64,000 nucleotides of DNA from Minisyncoccia bacterium (lineage in GTDB: Bacteria > Patescibacteriota > Minisyncoccia > Phycocordibacterales > UBA918), in NCBI GenBank assembly GCA_041742075.1, contig JBGSJJ010000016.1:83128-147127 (forward strand). Direction: 5' to 3'. The position numbers and the translations under genes are program-made. This document shows, one piece after another, positions 28,223 to 37,530 of this stretch. A model generated the notes under the pieces. That model worked only from the letters and a program-made list of their open reading frames with translations. It was not told the DNA's origin and did no database searches. Position 1 is the stretch's first letter; the number at the start of each line of letters is the position of its first letter.

Positions 28223-30238
28223 TTATTTTGATAATGCTGCTGTTGCAGCTGCTTCCGCACCTGGATCACCTGGTGGGATTGATTCTCCTGCAGCAAGCTC
28301 AGTGTCTGTAAGTCCAGCTCCATCGACCATCCGTCCTCCTCCGCTGATTAATCCTGCTTTTGCAGACTCGGCCACAACCGAGCGTGCTGCGTTCTTCTCC
28401 ACGATCGGCGCTATGTTGTCGATGTAGGAGAATACTGCCGCATGCTGCTCAGAGCTTAGTTCGTGGTCGTATTTGTCGGATAGGTCATGGAGTCTCTGTA
28501 GGAATGCTGTGTTTGCATCCTTGTAAAGTGGAGGAGTGTCGCCACCGAGTAGTATCTGGAATGCCTCGTCCGCTTGAGCCACAACCTCGATTGCATCGTA
28601 GTCACTTGTATCGAGAAGTCTCTTGATCGTGTCATCATCTACGCCTGCTATCGTTGCTTGAGTTTCAAATAAGACTTTCTGATTGATTGTCTGATCGCCC
28701 TTATAAGCACCTAGGAAGGTCAGCTTGTTCTTGCTGTCTGCAAGATTGCTTTGTGCTTCAGCAAGACTTGATTCGACGAGGATGTCGTAATCGTTTTGAT
28801 AAGGCTTCAAGTCTCGAGCACTTACCATCTCGATCTCCAATCCCATAGGACCAAGTATCTGGACAGCCATCTTCTTTTTCAAATCCTGCATGACACCCTC
28901 TTTGTGTAGGACTGCAAATCGGTAGTAGCCTTCCGCATAGCTTTTGTTCAGTAGTCCGAAGCGATCTCCTGCCTGCATTAGGTTTCCTTCGTAAATTCCG
29001 AGAGTGTCTTCATCGCTCGTACCTCTCACGTCTGCAGTCACACCGCTTTCTGATTCGACTATCGACTCGAGTTTGTCGTACACCTTGAATGGACCTTCGA
29101 TCGGAGGAGTCTGTCTTGTTTGAAGCACTCGGTTCACGTCCACGTTTCCTTCAATTTCAATGTAACCGTCCTTTCTGTAACGAACTTGCGCTAAGTTGCG
29201 GACATAGTCAACGTTGACAGCTGTCTGAGGTCTGTTGATTTGTTCGGAGTTATCGAGTGACTGGTTGATACTCTTTTCCTGAGCTTGGAATATCCCTCGT
29301 GCAAAGTCGCAATACGATGGTGTCCAGAACTCACGAGGATCTGGGAACGCAGCCCATGTCCATATCGGATACTTACCGCTCTTTCGGATCTCCTTCCAAG
29401 GTTCGCATCTGATACAGTCTCCCGATGGAGTAAGGACCAAGTAAAAACGATTGTCGTTCTCGTCTGTTGTTATCCATGTATAAAAAATAAATTGGTTCTC
29501 GTTCTTGTACCGATCACGTGGAGCACCGGATGGCTTTCTGTTGTCCTTATCGTTATCCTGATTGGTTTTGGCTTTCGTATTCGTTCCTCCGTCCATCAAC
29601 TCTTCAGCTACTTTTTTGTAGTAGATCCCATCTTTTATTCCCTTTGTGATCTGTGCTCGAGTAAGCTTCGTGTTCCACCATCCGAGGTATGCAGCTTTCT
29701 CTACTCCGCTTCCGTCTTCTTCTTCGGTGCACAAGCCTCCCACGTCTGGATCAATCAGGAAGTCCTTCGGATCAATAAGGTTGAGTAAACTCTTGTACTG
29801 ACCCTTATCGTTTCTGGTCATGTAAAGATAAACTGCACGTCCGTAGATTGCAGCATCTCGCTTACCCATGAGGTCTTTGAAGTTCCAACGTCCTATCTTT
29901 GCATCCTTATCTTTGATGGAGTTCATCAGCTTCGACTTCTTCAGGTCTGCTGTTTCCCCTTTGACGTATTTGAATGTGAGTGGGCTATCGATCTTCGAGA
30001 GGATGGTGTGCACGTATCCATGCATCTTGTACAAAGGCACTTGGGCTCTGGTGTCAGCCTGATTCGTTGACCCTCCGTAAGGTGAGATGACTGACGGACT
30101 CGACTTGTCAGGGTTCATCATGTCCTCGTTCTTATTCCACGAGCTCATTCGAGCCTTCTTGTACCGGTATGAAAAATCAATCTCGTTTAGAGCTTGCTTT
30201 GCCAGTTCATCTCGTTTCTTGTAGTGGGCTAGTGCCAT
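28223..30238 (-). CDS. Portal protein (P22-like)
   Basis: 671 aa directly after the terminase; DFLIDPD and SGVT..G portal-type motifs. Confidence 0.85.
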   Translation of the reverse strand: MALAHYKKRDELAKQALNEIDFSYRYKKARMSSWNKNEDMMNPDKSSPSVISPYGGSTNQADTRAQVPLYKMHGYVHTILSKIDSPLTFKYVKGETADLKKSKLMNSIKDKDAKIGRWNFKDLMGKRDAAIYGRAVYLYMTRNDKGQYKSLLNLIDPKDFLIDPDVGGLCTEEEDGSGVEKAAYLGWWNTKLTRAQITKGIKDGIYYKKVAEELMDGGTNTKAKTNQDNDKDNRKPSGAPRDRYKNENQFIFYTWITTDENDNRFYLVLTPSGDCIRCEPWKEIRKSGKYPIWTWAAFPDPREFWTPSYCDFARGIFQAQEKSINQSLDNSEQINRPQTAVNVDYVRNLAQVRYRKDGYIEIEGNVDVNRVLQTRQTPPIEGPFKVYDKLESIVESESGVTADVRGTSDEDTLGIYEGNLMQAGDRFGLLNKSYAEGYYRFAVLHKEGVMQDLKKKMAVQILGPMGLEIEMVSARDLKPYQNDYDILVESSLAEAQSNLADSKNKLTFLGAYKGDQTINQKVLFETQATIAGVDDDTIKRLLDTSDYDAIEVVAQADEAFQILLGGDTPPLYKDANTAFLQRLHDLSDKYDHELSSEQHAAVFSYIDNIAPIVEKNAARSVVAESAKAGLISGGGRMVDGAGLTDTELAAGESIPPGDPGAEAAATAALSK

Positions 30239-30247
30239 AGTGTTTTC

Positions 30248-30286
30248 AGTATGCGTGTGATAAAACGCATTTTTTGGTGTATTACT
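30248..30286 (-). promoter_or_regulatory. Phage late-promoter motif (portal operon)
   Basis: AGTAATACACC-N22-CATACT, 9 nt before the ATG. Confidence 0.75.
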
Positions 30287-30292
30287 TTCTGA

Positions 30293-31972
30293 TTAGATCC
30301 CAATGTCAGGGTATTGAGGGCTTTCATCATAGAAATCATCCTCATATGCTGGTCTTAGCTTGCCGTATGCCGTATCGATCGTAGGTTCTGGTCTTGTGTC
30401 TCTCGGCTTCTCTGTTCCTGCAGGACGTGCAATATCGCTTTGATACGCTGTTGCATCGCTCGTATCGTCATGAGTTGAATCAGGAAAGCGCATCAGTTCG
30501 TTTTCCAAGTCTTTGCATTCTCCTTGAAGGTGATAGACGCTTCTTGTTTCGTATCGGTAGAGTAGTCCTGTTCTTATTCGATCCTCTTTCGATCTACCTG
30601 CATGCTTGAGCCATGTGAGTGGTAGGAATATCTGTCTCATCCTTTGCTCATGTCTTAGCATTGGCTCAAGACCTCGAGTAAACGCTGTATCTTCCCATCC
30701 GAACTTCACAGGTGGTGTGCCTGCTTGGATAAGAAAGCTGTAGAGTCCGAACATTTTCTCGATGATTGCTGTTGGACCAAGCTTTTCTCTCCATGCTTTC
30801 AAATGCCATTTGCCTTCCCTGTCTGTCCAGTTGATGCAGATGCCCACGTAGTCTCCGTCTTTGCTTACCTCACCCTCTTTTCGACTTGGTGTGTCTAGGG
30901 TCACGTATGCTGCTAGCTTCTTGTGCATAAGGTCATCCCAGCTTATTGGCATGAACCATTCACGTTTGAAGATTGCCTTTGATTCGTCTATAGGCTGACA
31001 GAGCATTTCTGCTTGGAAGTCCATGTCACCTTCTTCTGGTGTCCACATCGATCGTCTTTTGCTTTCAACGCTTACCTTTCCAGTTGCCTTGGCTTCTTCT
31101 TCAGTCATCACCCATCGCTCAGGCCATGTTGGTGTGTGTATTCCCGTGATTAGATCTCCTTGGCATATAGGGACTATTCGCACTCTCAATTCTGGATCAT
31201 GCTTTGCACGCTCGATGATACTCTGTACGTTTCCGTATTCCGACAGGATGTTACCGAGGTAGATAACCCTTCGTCTTGCAGAGTCGAGACCTCGCTTGAA
31301 CTCTTGTATGTGTGTACGGATCTGGTTTGTGGATGCTTCGCTCTTGAGTGTCTTCTTGGTTTCGAAGTCATCGAGTAATACGAAGCCTGGACGCATCGCT
31401 CCGTGTACACGTCCTCGGACTGATTCCTGTGTACTGTGTGCTTCGACACGGATACCTTCCTTGGTGATATTCCCGTCATCATCTTTTGTTGGATTAGTGA
31501 TGAAGTCCTTCACTCTCTTTTGCGTTACCTCGTCTTTGCTTCGAGTAGTGTTGTATTTCTCTCCGAAGTCTTCGATAAATCTCTTATTGGTTTGAAGCTC
31601 CCACACAACGTCAAACAGGATACGTTCAGAGTTTGTGCTATCAAACGCATCCGCATTGATGTATGGCTCTATGTCATATGCAATCATGTACAGGATCAAT
31701 CCCTTTACGAAGCTTGTCTTTGCACTTTCTCCAAACATGAACCATGCAATCTCTCTTATTCGAAGGTCTAGAAGGTCATGAACGTCAGCCATCATTTCGT
31801 AATGGAAATCAGCAAACTCACACCTCACGTATCTTGGGAGGTAGTAAGCAATAAAATATCCGAAGTGCTCTTTAGCGTGCTTCGTACGCACTTCCTTCCT
31901 CGATTCTCGGAGTGTCTTCATTCCGAGTTCCGTCACTGGAGGCATTATTGTTTTGGGTTGTTGGGTTTCCAT
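30293..31972 (-). CDS. terL: Terminase large subunit
   Basis: GESAKTS Walker A variant, VLLDDFE Walker B, LD..GDY and HDDTSDA nuclease motifs. Confidence 0.9.
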   Translation of the reverse strand: METQQPKTIMPPVTELGMKTLRESRKEVRTKHAKEHFGYFIAYYLPRYVRCEFADFHYEMMADVHDLLDLRIREIAWFMFGESAKTSFVKGLILYMIAYDIEPYINADAFDSTNSERILFDVVWELQTNKRFIEDFGEKYNTTRSKDEVTQKRVKDFITNPTKDDDGNITKEGIRVEAHSTQESVRGRVHGAMRPGFVLLDDFETKKTLKSEASTNQIRTHIQEFKRGLDSARRRVIYLGNILSEYGNVQSIIERAKHDPELRVRIVPICQGDLITGIHTPTWPERWVMTEEEAKATGKVSVESKRRSMWTPEEGDMDFQAEMLCQPIDESKAIFKREWFMPISWDDLMHKKLAAYVTLDTPSRKEGEVSKDGDYVGICINWTDREGKWHLKAWREKLGPTAIIEKMFGLYSFLIQAGTPPVKFGWEDTAFTRGLEPMLRHEQRMRQIFLPLTWLKHAGRSKEDRIRTGLLYRYETRSVYHLQGECKDLENELMRFPDSTHDDTSDATAYQSDIARPAGTEKPRDTRPEPTIDTAYGKLRPAYEDDFYDESPQYPDIGI

Positions 31973-32471
31973 ATTGTCGTTTGAATATTGATTCGTGATC
32001 TTCAGTCTCCTTTGGTGTCATCACAAACACACCGATACGTTCTGTCTTATTAAGTTCGATTGTCTGAGGTACTTTTCCATCCACTCGATCCATGACCATT
32101 CCTGCTGCTTTAAGGTTTCCATCCACTGCCATGCTGATCACCTTTTTAACTATCAGTTTGTCGAACAGGATCTTCTGTCCATCCTTGTTGATTGCACCAG
32201 CCTCTCGGACGTATTCCCTGAAGACCGTAGTGAAATGTCTGGCTCCCATTGGCTTACCTGGGTTGCCTGGGATGAACTTACCCGTGACTGGATCTCTGTC
32301 CGTATTTTCACCGTATTTACGGTCATCCGAAGGGTCTAACGGAGCCTCGGAAATGCCGTTATTTGCCTCTACGGGGCGTGAAGCATCCTCACTCCTTGGA
32401 ACGTCCTTAGGAGCTTCCAAAAGGAGCACTTTCGGCTGATTGTTTTCATTATTTTGTTGGTTCATGCTCAT
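31872..32471 (-). CDS. Terminase small subunit-like protein
   Basis: GKFIPGNPGKPMG, A.DGNLKA..VMDRVDGKVPQ; upstream of terL. Confidence 0.75.
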   Translation of the reverse strand: MSMNQQNNENNQPKVLLLEAPKDVPRSEDASRPVEANNGISEAPLDPSDDRKYGENTDRDPVTGKFIPGNPGKPMGARHFTTVFREYVREAGAINKDGQKILFDKLIVKKVISMAVDGNLKAAGMVMDRVDGKVPQTIELNKTERIGVFVMTPKETEDHESIFKRQYGNPTTQNNNASSDGTRNEDTPRIEEGSAYEAR

Positions 32472-33777
32472 AGATGGTTTTTGGCCAGTTTTCCGGCTGT
32501 CCGTTCCGGACCACCTGCTCGATGCCGGTGAAATCCACCCATCGCTGAACAATCACGTCTACGAACTTTGGATCGAGCTCTATACCTGCGCAGACACGTC
32601 CCGTCTTCTCGCATGCGATGAGTGTGCTTCCGCTTCCGAGAAATGGATCGACCACCAAGTCTTCAGCTTTCGAGCTGTTCATGAGAGCGTATGTAATAAG
32701 CTCGACTGGTTTCTGTGTTGGATGTTTATATTCATTCACTTTGTCTCGCTTCATCGTCCAGATCGTGTATTTGCCTTCGGTTTCAAGTTTCTTTTGTCGC
32801 TTTGCCCAGTTGATGAGTTTCTGTTCGCTGTCATGAAAATCTATAATCGTTGAGTGTGTGCGATCGCCGTAGAAGACTGTTTTGATTCCATCTTTTGCAG
32901 CGTAAAAGAATGGCTCATGCTTCCATCGGTAGTCGCCCCACCCCATTGATGCGGTCGGCTTGTTCCAGATGAGTTGATTGCGGATAGCCATATCAAACTT
33001 CTTCAATGCTTTTTCAAATTGCGCTTGCGTTGATGTTGAGTGGAAGACATACCAACCTGCACCAGTCTTTGCAACTTCCGCAAGACAGCCGAATGCTTTC
33101 TCAAGGAATGAATCAAACGCTTCTGCATCCATGTGATCATTCATAATGCCCTCGCTTGTATTCTTTCCTCGACCGGCGTAGTTCACGTTGTATGGAGGAT
33201 CTGTAAACACGCAGTCCGCTTTTCTTTGCTGGACAGTTTTGTTGTATGCATCCATGTCAGTCGAGTCTCCGCAAACAATTGTGTGTAGACCGAGCTGATA
33301 CACATCGCCGAGTATTGTCTTCGGCACTTTCGGTTCTTCAGGGACCACATCATCTTTCTCGTCATCTTCGAGGAGAACATCTCGATCAAAACCGGTGAGC
33401 GTGATATCAAATCCTGATTCATCGAGAAGTTTAAGTTCTTCTGTTATGAGTATCATGTCCTGCCCAGTGAGTGCATTGAGCTGGTTGTCGGCGATTCGAT
33501 ATGCCTTTATTTCTTCCTCGTTCAAGTCATCAATGAGCATGTACGGAATAACAGGTTCACCTTTTCTGGTGAATGCTTTTGTCTCCATGAGTGTGTAGCC
33601 GAGCAGTTCGGTCATGGCAATAAAGCGGCCATGGCCTACGACGATGACATTATCTTTGTCGAGGATGATTGGCTGCTTGCATCCAAATGCTTTTATCGAG
33701 CTTGCGATCTTTTCAAGTTGAAAGCCTGGATGTTCTTTTGCATTCTTATCGTATTTTTTTACGTCTGTGATTTGCAT
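32449..33777 (-). CDS. ParB-N domain plus DNA adenine methyltransferase
   Basis: NAKEH..GHGR..RIADN ParB-like; TDPPYNV, HPTQKP, DPFLGSGS. Confidence 0.9.
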   Translation of the reverse strand: MQITDVKKYDKNAKEHPGFQLEKIASSIKAFGCKQPIILDKDNVIVVGHGRFIAMTELLGYTLMETKAFTRKGEPVIPYMLIDDLNEEEIKAYRIADNQLNALTGQDMILITEELKLLDESGFDITLTGFDRDVLLEDDEKDDVVPEEPKVPKTILGDVYQLGLHTIVCGDSTDMDAYNKTVQQRKADCVFTDPPYNVNYAGRGKNTSEGIMNDHMDAEAFDSFLEKAFGCLAEVAKTGAGWYVFHSTSTQAQFEKALKKFDMAIRNQLIWNKPTASMGWGDYRWKHEPFFYAAKDGIKTVFYGDRTHSTIIDFHDSEQKLINWAKRQKKLETEGKYTIWTMKRDKVNEYKHPTQKPVELITYALMNSSKAEDLVVDPFLGSGSTLIACEKTGRVCAGIELDPKFVDVIVQRWVDFTGIEQVVRNGQPENWPKTIYEHEPTK

Positions 33778-33788
33778 ATGAGTTGTAG

Positions 33789-34199
33789 TTATCTTTTCTC
33801 CATCCAGCTCGTCATGCTCGACTCGTTGCATGCGCCGATTTTTCCGTTGTCATCCATGTACTCATAGGTTGGCTTTCCATTTTCTGTTGGCGTTATTCCA
33901 ATGACGAGACGCTCCTCGCCTTTTGAGTTGCGACATATCGTGCCGAAGGTGTAAGTCATCGTCTGGTCGGGATGTTTCTTTTTCCAAAAATGCTGGAGTG
34001 CTGCAAAGAATTCGCTTTGGACCGTTTCAAGGAATGCCACGAGAGCACCCTTGTGTTCAGTCTTGAATATTGAAAGTAAGCTGTGAGCGCCAATGATCCA
34101 CGGACCGACGAGGTCAGGGCGTGCAGCAAGAAATCTTGCCGACAGGTTTAGCGGATTTGGATGCTGTTCTTTTTTTGTTTTGGTGGGTTTATTTTTCAT
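33789..34199 (-). CDS. Phage hypothetical protein
   Basis: ORF in operon; start MKNKPTK chosen. Confidence 0.6.
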   Translation of the reverse strand: MKNKPTKTKKEQHPNPLNLSARFLAARPDLVGPWIIGAHSLLSIFKTEHKGALVAFLETVQSEFFAALQHFWKKKHPDQTMTYTFGTICRNSKGEERLVIGITPTENGKPTYEYMDDNGKIGACNESSMTSWMEKR

Positions 34200-34204
34200 G
34201 GTGA

Positions 34205-34609
34205 TTAGTGATGGTGTTCTGTCGCATCCGATCCGAGTATCTGGCCGCATAGACTGCAGCGCTTTACCCATCGGATATGCCCGCAGCCTTCCATCCTGTG
34301 CTGCTCGGCCGACATCTTGATAAAGTCATATGTTCCTTTGAGCTTTTGCTCGTATTTCTCCTTTCTTCGTTCTCGATAAATGTCTGCGATTTCTTTAGGC
34401 ATGTGTCCGAGGACTTTCATCCTTCGAATCCATCCGTAGTATCTGATGTGAAAGAGGACCGACTTTTTGTAAATTCCAAAATAAACCGAGAGCCAATTAA
34501 TTCTCCATCCCTCATCCTCAAAGCAACGTTGAAGATGTTTTATTTGTTCTGGAGTTAATTTGTGTCTTGGGTTATTGGCGTTGTACATAATTATTCTTTT
34601 CTGTGCCAA
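34205..34609 (-). CDS. HTH-like phage protein with C-terminal CxxC, candidate late activator
   Basis: KLTPEQIK..GWRINWLSVYFGIYKKSV HTH pattern. Confidence 0.55.
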   Translation of the reverse strand: MAQKRIIMYNANNPRHKLTPEQIKHLQRCFEDEGWRINWLSVYFGIYKKSVLFHIRYYGWIRRMKVLGHMPKEIADIYRERRKEKYEQKLKGTYDFIKMSAEQHRMEGCGHIRWVKRCSLCGQILGSDATEHHH

Positions 34610-35498
34610 GGATTCGTTTTGCGATCTCGGCGACTACGTTTACTGTCACAGCGTTTCCGAGGGTTTTATACCTCTGCGTGTCGCTTATTCCTTCCGTCCA
34701 TCCGTCTGGAAAGCCTTGGAGTCTTTCGCATTCTTTTGGTGTGAGCTTCCTAATACGCATGGAGTGTCGCCACCTACTTTTAAGGTCTGACATATTCCGG
34801 ACACCTCGAGAGGTTTGCGACTTCGAAACAAGCTGCTGATTATTCCCTGCGTCATCCTTTCCGAGAGAAAATATTTGCGGTCGGGAGTCTTTTCTAAGAT
34901 GTCCAACAATAAACACTCGCTCTCTGTTCTGAGGGACCCCGAAGTTCTTGCTGTTAAGCACTTCCCACTGGATGTCATACCCCAGCTCATCCAGTGAGGA
35001 GAGGATAGTTCCGAACGTGCGCCCACTGTCGTGAGAGAGAAGCCCTTTAACGTTTTCAAGGAGAAGTAGCTTTGGCTTCTTGGCAGAGATGATGCGAGCA
35101 ATCTCAAAAAAGAGTGTGCCGCGTGTATCTTTAAATCCTTTTCTTTTCCCCGCGACTGAGAAAGATTGGCAAGGAAAGCCTCCGATAAGAAGTTCAAAGT
35201 CAGGTAAAGACCTAGCCTTGATTTTTCTGATGTCTCCGAAGTTCTTGTGGTCGAAATGTTTTTCATAGATTTGGATTGCATATTTGTCGATCTCGGAATA
35301 TCCAACACATAGTGGGGCTGACCTGTCTCGAGCGTGTAGCAGTACTTCTCGCTTATCAATGGACCGGACCCTCCCTTGTGTGCATTCTTTCTGTTGGGAT
35401 TTCTTGCCGACGTGTGCATGTTTAAGATTGCTTTCATGTGCTTTTTTTATTCCTAGTTCGAATCCGCCAATGCCGGAGAATAAACTGAAGTACTTCAT
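34572..35498 (-). CDS. dcm: DNA (cytosine-5) methyltransferase
   Basis: LFSGIGG, GFPCQ, ENV, PQNRERVF, GNAV motifs. Confidence 0.93.
   Translation of the reverse strand: MKYFSLFSGIGGFELGIKKAHESNLKHAHVGKKSQQKECTQGRVRSIDKREVLLHARDRSAPLCVGYSEIDKYAIQIYEKHFDHKNFGDIRKIKARSLPDFELLIGGFPCQSFSVAGKRKGFKDTRGTLFFEIARIISAKKPKLLLLENVKGLLSHDSGRTFGTILSSLDELGYDIQWEVLNSKNFGVPQNRERVFIVGHLRKDSRPQIFSLGKDDAGNNQQLVSKSQTSRGVRNMSDLKSRWRHSMRIRKLTPKECERLQGFPDGWTEGISDTQRYKTLGNAVTVNVVAEIAKRILGTEKNNYVQRQ
34685..35437 (-). CDS. Nested alternative-frame ORF, probable MTase beta subunit
   Basis: 250-aa frame inside dcm containing LLDILEKTPDRKYFLSE and C.TL..G motifs. Confidence 0.55.
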   Translation of the reverse strand: MKAILNMHTSARNPNRKNAHKGGSGPLISEKYCYTLETGQPHYVLDIPRSTNMQSKSMKNISTTRTSETSEKSRLGLYLTLNFLSEAFLANLSQSRGKEKDLKIHAAHSFLRLLASSLPRSQSYFSLKTLKGFSLTTVGARSELSSPHWMSWGMTSSGKCLTARTSGSLRTESECLLLDILEKTPDRKYFLSERMTQGIISSLFRSRKPLEVSGICQTLKVGGDTPCVLGSSHQKNAKDSKAFQTDGRKE

Positions 35499-35908
35499 TC
35501 GCTTCGGTGATTAAGCGTTATCTCCACTTCGACCCGCCCTTTTCCATCGGACGCATAGTGGGATTCGAATGCCCCATCGAGGAATTTGTCATTGAGGAAT
35601 AAAGCATCGGCAAGACCTTTGAACACATTGTCAGGATCTGCATGAACTCCATTCACCCAGAAGATCGTTATCGACATTCGTGCACGCTCGGATATTTTTG
35701 TTGTGAGAGGCTGCTTCTGTTCAGAGGAGAACTCGGGATAGTTGCGATAGAAAATGCTGCGGACATATTCTTTCCATGCGTGGTATTTTTTTGCATGAGG
35801 TAGCCACAGCGCTCGACCAACAACACGAACATATGGGACCGGATTACCTTCTAGGTCTTCCGGATTTCCTTTTATTGTGAATTTGATTATTTTTTTCATT
35901 GGTTTCAA
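35495..35908 (-). CDS. rusA: RusA-family Holliday junction resolvase
   Basis: ADPDNVFKGLADAL..ND motif. Confidence 0.8.
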   Translation of the reverse strand: MKPMKKIIKFTIKGNPEDLEGNPVPYVRVVGRALWLPHAKKYHAWKEYVRSIFYRNYPEFSSEQKQPLTTKISERARMSITIFWVNGVHADPDNVFKGLADALFLNDKFLDGAFESHYASDGKGRVEVEITLNHRSE

Positions 35909-36444
35909 TTTCTAAATTTGTTAATGGTCATCTTTCGAGCAAGTTCTCTTATCCCTGTGGATAAGTTTTCAACAGGATCCCTAATACTTTGTTTCTCTTT
36001 GTTTCCTAGGTTTTGTGTGTCTACTTTGTAGGACAAGCGTTGTCTATTCTTTAGACCGATTTTGGTCAACTTTCTAGACTGGTCTATTAAATTGACTACC
36101 TTATCCACATCCATATGCAGGTTTATTTCGTACACATTTCCCTTCTTGCTTTTCATGACTCTGATCGCTTCTGACTGGGCTAGATTCCTCAGACCGACTG
36201 CTACCGCCTGCTTTGAGAGACCTGTTCCATAATCGAGCACGTTGCCCCTACGATCCTTTATCCCGTCCGTAAATTGAGAGAAGCTAATGCGGTCGGACCC
36301 TTTGTGGAATCCGAATGTTCTTCGGCATATGTAAATCAAACATCGAGCTTCGGACTCAGGTATGAGTGGGATCACCAGATCGAGGATCAGGTTTGGGAGC
36401 TGTGTGCTATTTGGTATCAAATTAAGTGTTTTATTTTCTTCCAT
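35905..36444 (-). CDS. Phage replication initiator (lambda O N-terminal-like wHTH)
   Basis: TQLPN..LIYICRRTFGFHKGSDRISFSQF..TGLS. Confidence 0.8.
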   Translation of the reverse strand: MEENKTLNLIPNSTQLPNLILDLVIPLIPESEARCLIYICRRTFGFHKGSDRISFSQFTDGIKDRRGNVLDYGTGLSKQAVAVGLRNLAQSEAIRVMKSKKGNVYEINLHMDVDKVVNLIDQSRKLTKIGLKNRQRLSYKVDTQNLGNKEKQSIRDPVENLSTGIRELARKMTINKFRN

Positions 36445-36560
36445 AGTTTTGGTTGAAGAGAGAAAGCGCCGGTTACGGCGGCGATCTCTCTTTTGACTTT
36501 CCGTGAAATTTTTGGGAGAATGTACTTATCTAGGGTTCAGTCTCTCCTCACGGGGGGATT

Positions 36561-36863
36561 TTATTTTTTTGATAATGTTTCGAACTTATCTAACCTCTTT
36601 CCGGTTGCGGCATGCATCGTGTCTCTAATTTGAGTGATGACTTCATTGAGAAGTCCGTCATAGATGATTCCGTGAGCCATCGTGATGTTAGTTTCGTTGT
36701 CAGCGTCTAAGTTAGTAAGCTTGCCCATGATGTCGCTTGTAAATTCAGCGACCTCATCAAGCATGTGCGCAAGAATCTGCTCGTCGACTATTGCCTGAGC
36801 CTTCTCTTTCACTAGACTTAGTGCTTCTCGAGCTAATGCTTTAGTTTTTGCTTGTGTAGTCAT
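36561..36863 (-). CDS. Phage hypothetical protein
   Basis: 100-aa ORF in the early operon. Confidence 0.65.
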   Translation of the reverse strand: MTTQAKTKALAREALSLVKEKAQAIVDEQILAHMLDEVAEFTSDIMGKLTNLDADNETNITMAHGIIYDGLLNEVITQIRDTMHAATGKRLDKFETLSKK

Positions 36864-37113
36864 GGTTATTTTTTAGCTTTTGGAGATATTGTTTCCGAAG
36901 TTCTTCTCGCTCCTTCAGTTTTGTTTGTCTTACCTTGCTGAGCTTTTTGTTCTTCGTGATTCGTATCTCGTGTGGCCATTTATGGTCTATGTCGATCACG
37001 TCACCGACGTTAATGCGATATAGTTTTGTGAGCCATTTCCCTTCAAGGATCACGGCCGGTATGCCGTTTTTCCGATAGGTCACGACCCTTTGTTTTTTTA
37101 GGATGTAGGGCAT
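36841..37113 (-). CDS. SymE-like (AbrB-fold) protein
   Basis: IPAVILEGKWL..VGDVIDI resembles the SymE core P.I.L.G.WL..G..V.V. Confidence 0.6.
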   Translation of the reverse strand: MPYILKKQRVVTYRKNGIPAVILEGKWLTKLYRINVGDVIDIDHKWPHEIRITKNKKLSKVRQTKLKEREELRKQYLQKLKNNHDYTSKN

Positions 37114-37161
37114 TGGTAGCATCAGGCCGTGTGCACCGGCCGATCCCTTTTCGGGACAATG
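37111..37161 (-). ncRNA. Second copy of the three-way-junction RNA motif
   Basis: CATTG-TCCC GAAAA GGGA-TC-GGCCG..CGGCC-TGATGCTAC-CAATG; the closing stem contains the ATG at 37113. Confidence 0.7.
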
Positions 37162-37167
37162 TCTTAG

Positions 37168-37530
37168 TTAGCGGTACTTCTTGTGAATTTCGAGTGCTGT
37201 TGGATACAGTCCTTTTTGTGCGAATAATTCGTTTACCTGTTGGGCTTCGCCTTTTATGCCGACATGCCACTGGTTCACTTCATTGATCGGACGCGGGTCT
37301 TTGTAGTCGTAGATGGTAAGTACCATAGGACGCTTTTCATGCGTGGATTTGAAGGACCATTCGACCCGAACTTTTCCGTCACCCGATATCCATTCGCCCT
37401 CTTTGGTTCTGTCATTCGGCATTCCTAACTTATCCACAAGCTCCTGATAGGACGCATGCAGATATCCGTGGAAGCTCGTATGTAACGTATCCCTGTGAGT
37501 GGCTGGGACAAATCTGGTTTTCGCTTTCAT
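37168..37530 (-). CDS. Conserved-type phage hypothetical protein
   Basis: TSFHGYL.ASYQELV..G.P, DGKV.VEW, TIYDYK, WHVG pattern typical of small phage early proteins. Confidence 0.7.
   Translation of the reverse strand: MKAKTRFVPATHRDTLHTSFHGYLHASYQELVDKLGMPNDRTKEGEWISGDGKVRVEWSFKSTHEKRPMVLTIYDYKDPRPINEVNQWHVGIKGEAQQVNELFAQKGLYPTALEIHKKYR

Noticed and set aside
37111-37161. Hammerhead ribozyme (GAAA and CUGAUG present)
   Set aside because: The core would need CUGANGA; this copy has CUGAUGC, the other has CCGAUGC, and GAAA is a hairpin loop.
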